Below are positions 17,846 to 27,721 of a stretch of 32,000 bases of DNA, piece by piece. The DNA is taken from assembly GCA_965250005.1 (NCBI GenBank), contig OZ252279.1, forward strand, positions 1,950,001 to 1,982,000. The letters are read 5' to 3'. The position numbers and the translations under genes were made by a program. Numbering within the stretch: the first letter of the stretch is position 1; every line of letters starts with the position of its first letter. The stretch comes from Demequinaceae bacterium (GTDB lineage Bacteria; Actinomycetota; Actinomycetes; Actinomycetales; Demequinaceae). The notes below the pieces were generated by a model. It saw only the letters and a list, made by a program, of their open reading frames with translations, was not told the DNA's origin and searched no databases.

Positions 17846-17913
17846 GTGCCCCGTGGCAGCCGCTAGCCGCCGCGGAGAACCGGTCGCGCTCGCTGCTCGG
17901 ATACCGTGGCCCT

Positions 17914-18606
17914 ATGCTCTCCGATGTCGCGGCGTTCGAGCCCGTCCCCGACCCGCGCCCCGAAGACTCCGCATGGCCGCCCATGCGGTGGCCCCCGCCC
18001 CCTGATGTGTCGCTCTGCGGGCAGATCATCGAGTTGGCGCCAGCTGCAATGGGCCGCGACGCCGCACCACTGTTCGAGGCTCTCGACGCTCCCAAGGTGT
18101 GGCAGTACATCAAGTCTGGTCGGCCCGCCGACGCGAGCGAGTTGAGGCGCACCCTCGAGCAGATCGCAGCGGTTCACGGGCTCTCCTGGGTGCTGCGGCT
18201 GCGCGTGCCCTACCTCGGGCTTCCCGTCGGCAGCGTGATTGGCACATCGTCGTACCTCGATGTGGTGCCAGAACACGCTCGCTTGGAGATTGGTACAACC
18301 CTGTACTCGCCGCCGGTATGGGCCTCTGGCGTGAACCCCGAGGCCAAGCTTCTACTGCTTGCGCACGCCTTCGATGAGCTTGGCGTCGGGCGCGTTCACC
18401 TGGTGACCGACGCGCGGAACCAGCGCTCTCAGCGTGCGATCGCTCGCCTAGGTGCCCGTCACGAAGCGACCCTGCGCCGCTACGAGCGGCGCGCTGACGG
18501 CACGATGCGCGACACCGTTATGTTCTCTATTGTCGCTGAGGAATGGCCAACAGTGCGTGCACGGCTTGAGGCGCGCGTGGCCGAGGCCGTCGCGGCCTTC
18601 AACTAG
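17914..18606 (+). CDS. GNAT-family N-acetyltransferase (RimJ/RimL-like)
   Basis: 230 aa; VIGTSSYLDVVPEHARLEIGTTLYSPPVWASGVNPEAKLLLLAHAFDELGVGRVHLVTDARNQRSQRAIARLGARHEATLRRYERRADGTMRDTVMFSI. Confidence 0.9.
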   Translation: MLSDVAAFEPVPDPRPEDSAWPPMRWPPPPDVSLCGQIIELAPAAMGRDAAPLFEALDAPKVWQYIKSGRPADASELRRTLEQIAAVHGLSWVLRLRVPYLGLPVGSVIGTSSYLDVVPEHARLEIGTTLYSPPVWASGVNPEAKLLLLAHAFDELGVGRVHLVTDARNQRSQRAIARLGARHEATLRRYERRADGTMRDTVMFSIVAEEWPTVRARLEARVAEAVAAFN

Positions 18607-18613
18607 GAACGGC

Positions 18614-19735
18614 CTACGTGCGGCGGTAGCGCGCGACCAGGTGGCAAGCGAAGGGGTCGCGCGATGACAGCCCCACTTCGTTCAGGTAGCGCACCACGAT
18701 CGCGTACGATCGCGCGGCGGTAGTCTCCGTGTAGGGGATTCCGAGTTTTGCGCAGTGTTCCATGACGATTTCACGTGTGTGAGCCAGTTTGGTCCGCGCC
18801 ATCGACGGGAACAGGTGGTGCTCGATCTGGTAGTTGAGGCCACCGAGCATCGCGGTGGCGGGGAATCCGCCTGACACGTTGCGCGACAGCACCACTTGCT
18901 TGGTGAAGAAGTCGAGCTTGCTGTCCTTGGGGACCACCGGCATGCCCTTGTGATTCGGCGCAAATGACATGCCCATGTAGAGGCCGAAGAGCGCGAGTTG
19001 CAGGCCGAAGAAGGCAAACGCCAGGCCTATCGGCAGTGCCCAAAACAGCAGGCCGAGGTAGATGATGAAGCGGCCCGTGATGACCGCGAGTTCGAAGGAA
19101 CGGCCGTCGATGCGGCGCTTCGATGTGAGCCACCGGAACGATGCAACGTGCAGGTTGAGGCCCTCAAGCAGGAGCAACGGGAAGAACAGTGTTCCCTGGT
19201 GGCGGGTAAAGAGAGCCATGCGCCCGGTCTTGGCTTCGGCGGCTTCGGGGTAAAACGAGAGCAGATCAGCCGCGATATCGGGATCTCGGCCTACCTGGTT
19301 GGGGTTCGCGTGGTGGCGGTTGTGCTTGTTGACCCACCACGAGTAGCTCACGCCGAGCACCAGCACGCTCAGCACGCGGCCCAGTCGGTCGTTCGATGGG
19401 CCTGAGGAGAAAACGGCGCGGTGCGATGCCTCGTGCGCGAGAAACGCGAATTGGGTCAGGACGAACGCGAGTACGGCCGCCAGAATCAACTGGAGCCACG
19501 AGTCGCCCAGCAACACGAAGCCCGTGAGGAGCCCGAGGACGGCGAGTCCGAGACCGGCTGCCAGCGCAGCGTAGAAGCCCCTTGCGCGGTTGAGTAGGCC
19601 GGCATCGCGAACCGTAGTGAGTAGCGAAGCGTACGTTTGTGTGAAGGGGACCTTGCTCAAGTCGCGCGTGTAGTCAGCAGAGGTGAGGGGCTTTGCGGGC
19701 GCAGGTGCGGACGCGGGTGCGGCGGCAGTGCTCAT
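18614..19735 (-). CDS. Fatty acid desaturase family protein
   Basis: ORF 18614..19840; likely ATG 19735 (MSTAAAPAS). Three His boxes: HEASH, HNRHHANPN, QIEHHLFPSM. Confidence 0.95.
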   Translation of the reverse strand: MSTAAAPASAPAPAKPLTSADYTRDLSKVPFTQTYASLLTTVRDAGLLNRARGFYAALAAGLGLAVLGLLTGFVLLGDSWLQLILAAVLAFVLTQFAFLAHEASHRAVFSSGPSNDRLGRVLSVLVLGVSYSWWVNKHNRHHANPNQVGRDPDIAADLLSFYPEAAEAKTGRMALFTRHQGTLFFPLLLLEGLNLHVASFRWLTSKRRIDGRSFELAVITGRFIIYLGLLFWALPIGLAFAFFGLQLALFGLYMGMSFAPNHKGMPVVPKDSKLDFFTKQVVLSRNVSGGFPATAMLGGLNYQIEHHLFPSMARTKLAHTREIVMEHCAKLGIPYTETTAARSYAIVVRYLNEVGLSSRDPFACHLVARYRRT

Positions 19736-19885
19736 GCGGGGACGCCTTCCGGGCGTAAAGATCGACTTCCCAGTCGCGGAATGAGCGGGTGCTCGGCGGG
19801 CGGATGTCCCCACCATACGGGGAAACTGGCGTGTCGTCACTGTTGACGATCTCTCTTGTCGGCGAGTATATGTTATTATCTACGT

Positions 19886-20245
19886 ATGAATGCGGATAAC
19901 CAGAAGAACGAGCTACGGCCGGATGATCCCTACGTGGAACTTGCCGTAGAGGTATTTGCGCTGCTTGCAGACGTGACCCGGGTCAGAATCGTGCTTGCGC
20001 TCGCGCGCGGCGAACTATCTGTGAACCAAATAGCGGAGGCGGTTGGCAAGCCTCCAGCGGCCGTATCTCAACACCTCGCCAAACTTCGCATGGCGCGGGC
20101 CGTAACGACACGCCACGAGGGAACGCGAGTCCACTACAGGCTCGCGAACGACCATGGATTGCGACTCGTGGCCGACGCCATAGAGCAGGCCGAACACACT
20201 GTCGACGCGGCCCCTCGCCACCACCACGGGGACCACGGCCAGTGA
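19886..20245 (+). CDS. ArsR/SmtB-family metalloregulator with His-rich C-terminus
   Basis: MNADNQKNELRPDDPYVELAVEVFALLADVTRVRIVLALARGELSVNQIAEAVGKPPAAVSQHLAKLRMARAVTTRHEGTRVHYRLANDHG...RHHHGDHGQ; wHTH of ArsR type, adjacent to a CDF efflux gene. Confidence 0.93.
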   Translation: MNADNQKNELRPDDPYVELAVEVFALLADVTRVRIVLALARGELSVNQIAEAVGKPPAAVSQHLAKLRMARAVTTRHEGTRVHYRLANDHGLRLVADAIEQAEHTVDAAPRHHHGDHGQ

Positions 20246-21258
20246 ATCCAAGGAGGGCGGGCGCGCGTGCTGAAGCGCGTGGAGCGCGCGGGCGCGAGGA
20301 ACGCGGCCTGATCGGTTGGCTGCGCCACACGTTCACGCCGCACTCCCACGACGGGGCCGATCGCGTTGACGACGCCCTCGAATCAAGTTCCCAAGGCATT
20401 CGAGCTGTCAAGGTCAGCCTCTGGGTACTCGTCGGGACAGGGGTCCTTCAGCTCGCAGTCGTCATGGTCAGCGGCTCCGTTGCACTGTTTGCCGACACCG
20501 TCCACAACTTCTCGGACGCGCTCACCGCCGTTCCGTTGTGGATCGCCTTTGCGCTCGCGCGCCGCCCCGCTACGCGCGCCTTCACGCATGGCCTTGGGCG
20601 AGTGGAGGACCTCGCGGGGCTGTTTGTCGTGCTGATGATCGCCGTCTCGGCTGCGGTCGTGATTGTCGAGTCCGTCCGACGGTTCCTTAACCCACGGGAC
20701 ATCGACAACGTGGGTCTGGTCCTTGCGGCGGCCGTCGTTGGTTTTCTTGGCAACGAGGCGGTCGCCGTCTATCGGATACGTGTTGGTCATCGCATTGGCT
20801 CAGCGGCACTCGTGGCCGACGGGTTGCACGCACGAACCGACGGCCTCACGTCGCTAGCCGTCGCCGCGGGCGCTCTGGGCGTGTGGTGGGGATATCCGCT
20901 AGCCGACCCGATTGTCGGGATCGCCGTTGGTATTGCGATCCTGGTGGTCCTCGTCTCTGCGGCGCGGAGCGTTGGTAGGCGACTCCTCGACGGAGTCGAA
21001 CCCGGGCTCGCGGCGAGCGTTCGCAGCGCGCTAGACGCGACTGACGAAGAGGTCGAAGTGGGCGAGGTTCGTATCCGATGGGTGGGGCACCGGCTGGACG
21101 TGGGAGCAGTGCTCGAGGTCAAACCCGGGACCACGCTCGAAGATTTTCGATGTGCGTCTCGCGCTGCCGAGCGATCGGTTCGCGCGGGCATTTCACATGT
21201 GGGGCGCGTCGACATCGTTCTCGGGAGCTCCCCGGTCGAAGCCCAGGCCGAGGGTTAG
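20242..21258 (+). CDS. Cation diffusion facilitator (CDF) family transporter
   Basis: GTG start overlaps the ArsR stop (GTGA). GSVALFADTVHNFSDALTAVPLWIAF, GLGRVEDLAGL, GHRIGSAALVADGLHARTDGLTSLAV, ADPIVGIAVGIAI. Confidence 0.95.
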   Translation: MNPRRAGARAEARGARGREERGLIGWLRHTFTPHSHDGADRVDDALESSSQGIRAVKVSLWVLVGTGVLQLAVVMVSGSVALFADTVHNFSDALTAVPLWIAFALARRPATRAFTHGLGRVEDLAGLFVVLMIAVSAAVVIVESVRRFLNPRDIDNVGLVLAAAVVGFLGNEAVAVYRIRVGHRIGSAALVADGLHARTDGLTSLAVAAGALGVWWGYPLADPIVGIAVGIAILVVLVSAARSVGRRLLDGVEPGLAASVRSALDATDEEVEVGEVRIRWVGHRLDVGAVLEVKPGTTLEDFRCASRAAERSVRAGISHVGRVDIVLGSSPVEAQAEG

Positions 21259-22148
21259 GGGTGCTCGCGTTCGGACGCAATATGGCGGCGCGCTTCCACG
21301 GAGGCGTGGTCGGATCGCTTGCCGTAGAGTCGCCTCTCGGTTGACTTGATCGTGGCGATCAGTGCGAAGCTGAGGCTGACCAGCAACGCCCACGATCCCA
21401 TCCGGCCCACGTGAACTATCTGCCAGACGTCTGCTTGGTTCGGGTACTGCCACGCGCCGAGGAACGTGCCCGCGTTCTCTGCAAGCCAGACCACCGCTCC
21501 GACCAAAACGAAGCCCACCGCGAGCGGTATGTGAAAGCGTTCAACGCCCACGGTGAAATGTATGCGCGTGCGGCCCAACACCACGAGCAGGACAAACGCA
21601 AGAAGCCAGCGCACGTCAACAAAGAAGTGGTGGGTGAAGAAGTTGACGTAGAGGAGCACCGCGATCGACGTCACCAACTGCGGGCGGTATTCGGTCACGC
21701 GGAAGTCAAAGCGCCGCCACGCCTGGCACAAATAGGAGCCGACGGCGGCGTACATGAAGCCCGCGTAGAGCGGTACGTCTCCCACTTTGGCCACGCCCTC
21801 GTCCGGGTACTCCCACGAACCCAAGTGCACCTTGAAGATCTCGAGGGCGAGTCCCAGCAAGTGGAACCCGGTGATTACTGCCACTTCGCGGGTGGTTTCC
21901 CACTTGGCGACCCACAGGGCGATGGTCAGGATCACGCCATAGATGAGGAGCGCGTCGTAGCGGGCAATCGGCAAATCGAGCACGGCGGTCACCGCAATAC
22001 CCGCGAAGATTAACGTGGCGAATAGGCAGGAGACTGCTTGCTCGCGCGTGAAGATCCACGCTAGCTGCCACACGCGTGCCGCGGTCCACGGCGGCGACTG
22101 CGCGGCGAGTCGAATCGGAGGACGCTTGGCCCCCAGATCGGTCGCCAT
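21255..22148 (-). CDS. DUF817 family membrane protein
   Basis: ORF 21255..22250; likely ATG 22148 (MATDLGAK). FTREQAVSCLFATLIF...KWETTREVAVITGFHLLGLALEIFKVHLGSWEYPDEG...PLYAGFMYAAVGSYLCQAWRRF is DUF817-like. Confidence 0.85.
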   Translation of the reverse strand: MATDLGAKRPPIRLAAQSPPWTAARVWQLAWIFTREQAVSCLFATLIFAGIAVTAVLDLPIARYDALLIYGVILTIALWVAKWETTREVAVITGFHLLGLALEIFKVHLGSWEYPDEGVAKVGDVPLYAGFMYAAVGSYLCQAWRRFDFRVTEYRPQLVTSIAVLLYVNFFTHHFFVDVRWLLAFVLLVVLGRTRIHFTVGVERFHIPLAVGFVLVGAVVWLAENAGTFLGAWQYPNQADVWQIVHVGRMGSWALLVSLSFALIATIKSTERRLYGKRSDHASVEARRHIASEREHP

Positions 22149-22253
22149 AGTGCTCCTCGCTTCGGCGGGCTTCCGCACGCTCTCGCGGCGGTGCTGGCAG
22201 TTCAACGAACGAGCGCGCGGCGAAGTGCCCTTGGCATCAGTTAGCCTCACCTC

Positions 22254-23219
22254 ATGACAATTGCCCTGATCGAGCTCATCAGCGGACTGGTGGTACTCGG
22301 ATGGAGCGCAGACCGGTTTGTGCTCGGCTCATCTGGGGTCGCCAAGCACTTTGGGATCCCGCCGCTGCTCATCGGCATGGTCGTGATCGGGTTCGGCACG
22401 TCGGCGCCGGAATTGGTGGTCTCTGGTTTCGCGGCGAGCGGCGGCAACCCCGAGATCGCGCTGGGCAACGCCTACGGCTCAAATATCGCGAACATTGCCC
22501 TGATTCTGGGCATCACGGCGATCATCGCGCCGATAGGCGTGAAGCGCGGAATTCTGCGGCAAGAAATACCCATCTTGCTCGCCGCTACGGCGCTCGCATT
22601 CTGGCTTTTTCGCGACTACAGCCTTTCGCGCATTGACGCGGGCATTCTGCTCGTTGCGTTCGCGGCGTTCATTGTCTGGAGCATCCGGACTGGGCTGCGC
22701 ATCAAGAGGGACGCGCTCGCGGACGACGTCAAGGAACACGCCAAGGAGCATGATCTCTCGAAGCGCCGTGCGTGGATGTGGCTGCTCGTGGGCCTTGTGC
22801 TGCTTGTGGTGTCTTCGCACTTCCTTGTCGAAGGCGCGGTGACAGTCGCGCGCGAGATCGGTATGAGCGACCTTGTCATCGGGTTGACGGTCATTGCTAT
22901 TGGCACATCGCTGCCCGAGCTCGCGAGCGCTATCGTCGCCTCGCGCAAGGGCCAGAACGACTTGGTTCTTGGCAATATCATCGGCTCGTCGCTCTTTAAC
23001 GGGCTGGCAGTTGTGGGCCTTGCCGGCATGATCTCACCCGCGGTCGTGGAGCAGCAGATTCTCTCGCGAGACCTGGTGGTGCTCGGCGCCGTCACCGTGG
23101 CACTCTCTCTGTTCGGCATGCATTGGGGGCGCGACGGCCGCATCAACCGGATCGAGGGCTCCGCGCTCGTGCTCGTGTTTATTAGCTACACGGCCTACCT
23201 TCTAACAACGTCGCTGTAG
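22254..23219 (+). CDS. Calcium/sodium antiporter (CaCA family, YrbG-like)
   Basis: VIGFGTSAPELVVSGFAASGGNPEIALGNAYGSNIANIALILG and VIAIGTSLPELASAIVASRKGQNDLVLGNIIGSSLFNGLAVVG: the duplicated alpha repeats. Confidence 0.97.
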   Translation: MTIALIELISGLVVLGWSADRFVLGSSGVAKHFGIPPLLIGMVVIGFGTSAPELVVSGFAASGGNPEIALGNAYGSNIANIALILGITAIIAPIGVKRGILRQEIPILLAATALAFWLFRDYSLSRIDAGILLVAFAAFIVWSIRTGLRIKRDALADDVKEHAKEHDLSKRRAWMWLLVGLVLLVVSSHFLVEGAVTVAREIGMSDLVIGLTVIAIGTSLPELASAIVASRKGQNDLVLGNIIGSSLFNGLAVVGLAGMISPAVVEQQILSRDLVVLGAVTVALSLFGMHWGRDGRINRIEGSALVLVFISYTAYLLTTSL

Positions 23220-23236
23220 CGCTTAGGCTGATCCTC

Positions 23237-24076
23237 ATGGCACGCAACGAGGCCGAGGCAGACGCCGCCGCAGATGCGGCGGGGCAACTGCATGGGTCGC
23301 ACGTCGACGATGTCGACATTGACCACCCCGCACTCTCGCTGCGCGGCCTGTCCAAGTCATTTGGTGCGACGGTCGCGGTCGACGGGATCGACCTCGACAT
23401 ACCGGCAGGATCCTTCTACGGCATGGTGGGTCCCAACGGCGCCGGCAAAACCACCACACTGTCGATGGCGACCGGGCTACTCGTGCCGGACAGCGGCACA
23501 GTCGACGTCCACGGCATCAGCCTGTGGCACTTTCCCGCGGAGGCGAAACCGCTGCTGGGTGTCTTGCCTGACGGGTTGCGCAGCTTCGACCGCCTGACAG
23601 GGGCGGAGCTGATTTCTTATGCAGGGCTATTGCGTGGCATGGAGACGGCTGTTGTGAGGGAGCGACGCGACGACTTGCTCGCTGCGCTTGACCTCGAGGA
23701 CGCCGGTCGAACGCTTGTCACCGATTTCTCGGCGGGCATGTCCAAGAAGGTGGCGCTCGCGTGCGCGCTGGTTCACGCACCGCGCGTGCTCGTCCTGGAC
23801 GAGCCTTTCGAGGCAGTCGACCCCGTTTCCGCAACCGGGATCAGGCGCATATTGTGGTCGTTCGTCGACTCTGGCGGGACGGTGGTGATGTCTAGCCACG
23901 TCATGGCGCTCGTCGAGCGCCTGTGCGATCACGTCGCGATCGTGGGCGAGGGCAAGATCCTCGCGGCGGGCACCCTTGACGAAGTACGCGGCGACATGGA
24001 CCTCGAGAGTCGATTCGTCTCGCTTGTGGGCGAGGTCAAGGAGCAGCGTGACCTCCCATGGTTGAAGCAGTCTTGA
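23237..24076 (+). CDS. ABC transporter ATP-binding protein
   Basis: Walker A VGPNGAGKTTT, signature FSAGMSKKVALACALVHAPRVLVLDEPFEAVD. Confidence 0.95.
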   Translation: MARNEAEADAAADAAGQLHGSHVDDVDIDHPALSLRGLSKSFGATVAVDGIDLDIPAGSFYGMVGPNGAGKTTTLSMATGLLVPDSGTVDVHGISLWHFPAEAKPLLGVLPDGLRSFDRLTGAELISYAGLLRGMETAVVRERRDDLLAALDLEDAGRTLVTDFSAGMSKKVALACALVHAPRVLVLDEPFEAVDPVSATGIRRILWSFVDSGGTVVMSSHVMALVERLCDHVAIVGEGKILAAGTLDEVRGDMDLESRFVSLVGEVKEQRDLPWLKQS

Positions 24077-24077
24077 C

Positions 24078-25682
24078 GTGATAAGGACGGTCCTGAGCCT
24101 GAGGCGCACCGTCACGCTGCATCAACTGCGTCGCGAGCGGTGGCGCATGCTGGTGCTAATCGGCGGCGCAATCTGGTCCATCAGCCTCTTCCCGTCGGCC
24201 GTCTGGGCCTCGCGAATCCTGGGCTTCAACGCCGTCGACCTCAAGTACGATGCGCTCGTGGCGATAGTGGCGGTCGTCATGATCGGGTGGGTCGTGGTAC
24301 CGATCCTCATCACGGGCCTTGACGACACGCTCGACCCCGGGCGGTTCGCGTCCCTAGGCGTGAGTGCGAAGCGACTGATGCCCGGGCTGACGGTGTCTGC
24401 CTTGCTCACGGTCCCCGCGATCTTTTTCCTCATCGTGCTCGTGATTCTTGCCTTTGCGTGGCAGCCCGAAGGCAGGGGCGCATTCGCGTTCGCGATCACG
24501 GGGGCGATCCTGACCCTGCTTACGTGTGTATTCTCTGCACGGGTGTCGGTGATGTGGGCGTCGCGAGTCCTGCAGTCGCGTCGTTCGCGCGAGGCTACGT
24601 TTCTCACAATTATCATCGGAGCGCTCCTCATCACGCCCGCGATCTACTTGGTCGTGGCCGATGGTCTGGAGATTGTCCTCGACTACGACATCCGGCTGCT
24701 GGTCGACCTGATGGGCGGCACACCCGTTGGCGCGCCAATCCAGGCCGCGGTGGATGCCTCGAAAGGCGCGTGGGTGGCCGCCTCGTGGCATCTCGCCGTG
24801 TCTGGAGGATGGATTGTGCTGCTGCACTTCGTGTGGCGCGTCAACGTCGAGCGTGTGCTGGTCAACCCGATCTACCGCGGGGGCGGTGCGCGTGAGCGCG
24901 AGGACACCGTCCTTGCGGCGGCCGAGCGCGCCGAGCGTTCGGGACTGGTGCCGCCCGGTGCGCGGGCGACCAACGCTATGAAGGCGCGGGCGCTGCGGTA
25001 CTGGTTCACCGACCCGCGCTACTTGTCCGGGATCATCTCGGTGACCGTGTTCCCGATCCTCTTCTTCATGCTCGTCTACCCAATCTTCGGGTCGCCTGCG
25101 GCCGTCGTGATGGCTGTCCCCGTCGTGCTGGCCGGCTCAATCGGGTGGGGTCGCCACAACGACGTCGCTATGGACAACTCCGCGCTCTGGCTCGATATTG
25201 TGTCCGGAAGCCTGGGGCAGCGGCTGATGCGGGGGCGGGTAGCGGGCACTCTCACGTGGGCGGTGCCGCTCGCTGCCGCTGCCATCACGGTCGCGGTGGT
25301 AGTGAGCGGGAGGTTGGATTTGCTGCCCGCGATCGTCGGTGCCGTAGTCGGAGTCTTGGGAACATCGCTCGGCGTTTCCGTCGTGACGTCCGTGTCCATG
25401 CCCTATCGCGCACCCGCGCCTGGCGAAAACCCGTTCGGGGCTGAGGTGGGTTCCATTGGCGCCGGCTTGCTTGCTCAGTTTGTGTCTTCGCTTGCGTCAA
25501 GCATCGTGGCGGTTCCCGTTTCGCTTCCGTTGCTTGCGGCCGTCCGCTGGGATGCCAATTGGGGATGGGCTGGCCTTGTGGTTGGCAGTGCGACGGGAAT
25601 CATTGTTCTCATGGTTGGAGCGCGATGGGCTGGCACACTGTACGACCGGCGCAGCGGACGGCTCGTCGGGGCCGTCTCTTGA
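24078..25682 (+). CDS. ABC transporter permease (ABC-2-like, ~12 TM)
   Basis: 534-aa hydrophobic protein starting 1 nt after the ATPase stop. Confidence 0.82.
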   Translation: MIRTVLSLRRTVTLHQLRRERWRMLVLIGGAIWSISLFPSAVWASRILGFNAVDLKYDALVAIVAVVMIGWVVVPILITGLDDTLDPGRFASLGVSAKRLMPGLTVSALLTVPAIFFLIVLVILAFAWQPEGRGAFAFAITGAILTLLTCVFSARVSVMWASRVLQSRRSREATFLTIIIGALLITPAIYLVVADGLEIVLDYDIRLLVDLMGGTPVGAPIQAAVDASKGAWVAASWHLAVSGGWIVLLHFVWRVNVERVLVNPIYRGGGAREREDTVLAAAERAERSGLVPPGARATNAMKARALRYWFTDPRYLSGIISVTVFPILFFMLVYPIFGSPAAVVMAVPVVLAGSIGWGRHNDVAMDNSALWLDIVSGSLGQRLMRGRVAGTLTWAVPLAAAAITVAVVVSGRLDLLPAIVGAVVGVLGTSLGVSVVTSVSMPYRAPAPGENPFGAEVGSIGAGLLAQFVSSLASSIVAVPVSLPLLAAVRWDANWGWAGLVVGSATGIIVLMVGARWAGTLYDRRSGRLVGAVS

Positions 25683-25705
25683 CCCTGCGCGCGTAGCATG
25701 GAGGC

Positions 25706-26008
25706 ATGAACGAACCGCAGCCTTTGCCGGAATCGGCGCCCGATGAGCAGACCAGCGCAGGCACCACCACGATTGTGCGCGAGCATACTCGCGAAGTTGT
25801 GGAGCCAGGCGACGGAGAACGTTTCGCACACTACGTTCGCAAAGAGAAGATCACCGAGTCCGCCGTTACCGGCGAGCCCGTGATCGCATTGTGCGGAAAA
25901 GTGTGGGTTCCCGGGCGAGACCCGAATAGGTTTCCCGTGTGCCCGGCTTGCAAGGAGATCATCGACTCCGCGTTCGGCGCCGGTGACGGCGACGGCGCGG
26001 GCGACTAG
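25706..26008 (+). CDS. DUF3039 family protein
   Basis: 100 aa; FAHYVRKEKITESAVTGEPVIALCGKVWVPGRDPNRFPVCPACKEI, actinobacterial DUF3039 with CxxC; located upstream of clpS. Confidence 0.88.
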   Translation: MNEPQPLPESAPDEQTSAGTTTIVREHTREVVEPGDGERFAHYVRKEKITESAVTGEPVIALCGKVWVPGRDPNRFPVCPACKEIIDSAFGAGDGDGAGD

Positions 26009-26011
26009 CGC

Positions 26012-26299
26012 GTGGACACGCAGGGCGTCACGCAGACAGGTTCCGAGGCCGGAACGCGCACGGCGGACTCTTGGGTCACGATTGTCTGGAACGACCCTGT
26101 GAACCTCATGAACTACGTGACACACGTGTTTCAGGTGCACTTTGGGTGGAATCGTGCGGAGGCGGAGAAACGCATGAACGAGGTTCACGAGAACGGTCGG
26201 TCAGTCGTGTCGAGCGGAGGACGCGAGCAAATGGAGTTAGACGTGCAGGCGATGCATTTGTACGGGTTGTGGGCCACCATGCAGCGAGGTGGCGAGTGA
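26012..26299 (+). CDS. clpS: ATP-dependent Clp protease adaptor protein ClpS
   Basis: [71 protein letters not shown]. Confidence 0.97.
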   Translation: MDTQGVTQTGSEAGTRTADSWVTIVWNDPVNLMNYVTHVFQVHFGWNRAEAEKRMNEVHENGRSVVSSGGREQMELDVQAMHLYGLWATMQRGGE

Positions 26300-26922
26300 G
26301 AGCGTTCCGTGCGCGCGACGGCATCGCGGTCGCAGAACTTGATTCCGACGAACGGAAGGTTGTCGCCCGTATCGTGGCAGACGTGGGCCTGCTCCTTGGC
26401 GACGAGGTTTTTGGCATGGACACGTCGACCTCTCACGGTGACGACGAGGAATACATCTTCCGGCACCTGCGCGGGCTGGAGGAGTCCCTCGCTGCGCCAG
26501 ACGACCCAGCTATCCTGCGACTGCTCCCCAACGCGTCGGACGACCGCGAGGTGTCTGACGAGTTTCGGCGCCTCACCGAGCCGGATCTGCGCACGCTCAA
26601 GGTGGACCGCCTGCGCCGCGTGTGGGAGCAACTGAGCGAAGAGGGCCCGGAGTGGTCGGTCGCCCTCGAACAAGTTCTGCCCACAGCGGCGGCGCTAACG
26701 GATGTCCGACTGGTGATCGCCTCGCGACTGGGCCTGGACACCGACGAGGACGCGGAACGGTTGCACGCCGAGATTGAGCTTGCCGCGCACGCGATGGAGA
26801 CGGACGCGGATGAGCAGTTGGGAGTGGATCCCGAGCGGGTGTGGCTAGGAATGCTCTATCGAGCCCTCACCTGGTTGCAGGACTCGCTCGTCGGAATCGT
26901 GACGGAGGACGGCGATGAGTAA
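26296..26922 (+). CDS. DUF2017 family protein
   Basis: Subset of ORF 26071..26922; GTG at 26296 overlaps the clpS stop (GTGA). Product [34 protein letters not shown]; sits between clpS and murI. Confidence 0.88.
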   Translation: MRAFRARDGIAVAELDSDERKVVARIVADVGLLLGDEVFGMDTSTSHGDDEEYIFRHLRGLEESLAAPDDPAILRLLPNASDDREVSDEFRRLTEPDLRTLKVDRLRRVWEQLSEEGPEWSVALEQVLPTAAALTDVRLVIASRLGLDTDEDAERLHAEIELAAHAMETDADEQLGVDPERVWLGMLYRALTWLQDSLVGIVTEDGDE

Positions 26923-27721
26923 CGCTCCTATTGGGGTATTTGATTCGGGAGTGGGAGGGCTGACGGTCGCACGCGCCATCATGGACGTGCTACCGAACGA
27001 GGCGATCCACTACGTGGGCGACACCGCCCACGGACCGTACGGTCCGCTTCCCATCGCCGACGTACGCCGGCACGCGCTCGAGATCATGGATTCGCTCGTC
27101 GAGGGCGGCGTCAAGATGCTCGTGATCGCGTGCAACAGTGCATCGGCCGCTGTGCTGCGTGACGCGCGCGAACGCTTCGCTCAGGACCGCGGCGTGCCCG
27201 TGCTTGAGGTGATCGTGCCCGCTGTTCGGCGTGCTTCGCAACTCACCCGTAGCGGCAGAATCGGTGTGATCGGCACCGTCGCCACCGTCACCTCGGGCGC
27301 CTACGAGGACGCCCTCGCCGCGGCGCCCGGACTTGAGGTAACGTCGCAAGCGTGCCCGCGGTTTGTCGAACTTGTTGAGGCCGGGATCACGTCGGGCGCT
27401 GAAGTCATCTCCGTGGCGCGCGAGTATCTTCAGCCCCTTCAGGCCGCGGACGTAGATACCGTCATTCTTGGTTGCACGCACTACCCGATGCTCCAGGGGG
27501 CTCTTGGCTACGTGCTGGGAGAGGGCGTGACTCTCGTGGACAGCGCAACCGAGACGGCGATGGACGTCTACCGAGAGCTTGCTCGCCAGGGCATCGAGCG
27601 GACCGCAACGAAGCGACCAGAGCACCGCTTTGGGGCAACCGGCGAGACCCGCCGGTTCGAAGAACTGGCGCAGCGGTTCCTCGGGCCCGTGGTTGGCACT
27701 GTGGAGGGCGCGAGCCAATGA
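26915..27721 (+). CDS. murI: Glutamate racemase
   Basis: [42 protein letters not shown]; [10 protein letters not shown]; [11 protein letters not shown]. Confidence 0.97.
   Translation: MSNAPIGVFDSGVGGLTVARAIMDVLPNEAIHYVGDTAHGPYGPLPIADVRRHALEIMDSLVEGGVKMLVIACNSASAAVLRDARERFAQDRGVPVLEVIVPAVRRASQLTRSGRIGVIGTVATVTSGAYEDALAAAPGLEVTSQACPRFVELVEAGITSGAEVISVAREYLQPLQAADVDTVILGCTHYPMLQGALGYVLGEGVTLVDSATETAMDVYRELARQGIERTATKRPEHRFGATGETRRFEELAQRFLGPVVGTVEGASQ

Noticed and set aside
25475-26188. 237-aa minus-strand ORF spanning the permease end, DUF3039 and clpS
   Set aside because: Covers three well-supported plus-strand genes; composition typical of a shadow ORF.
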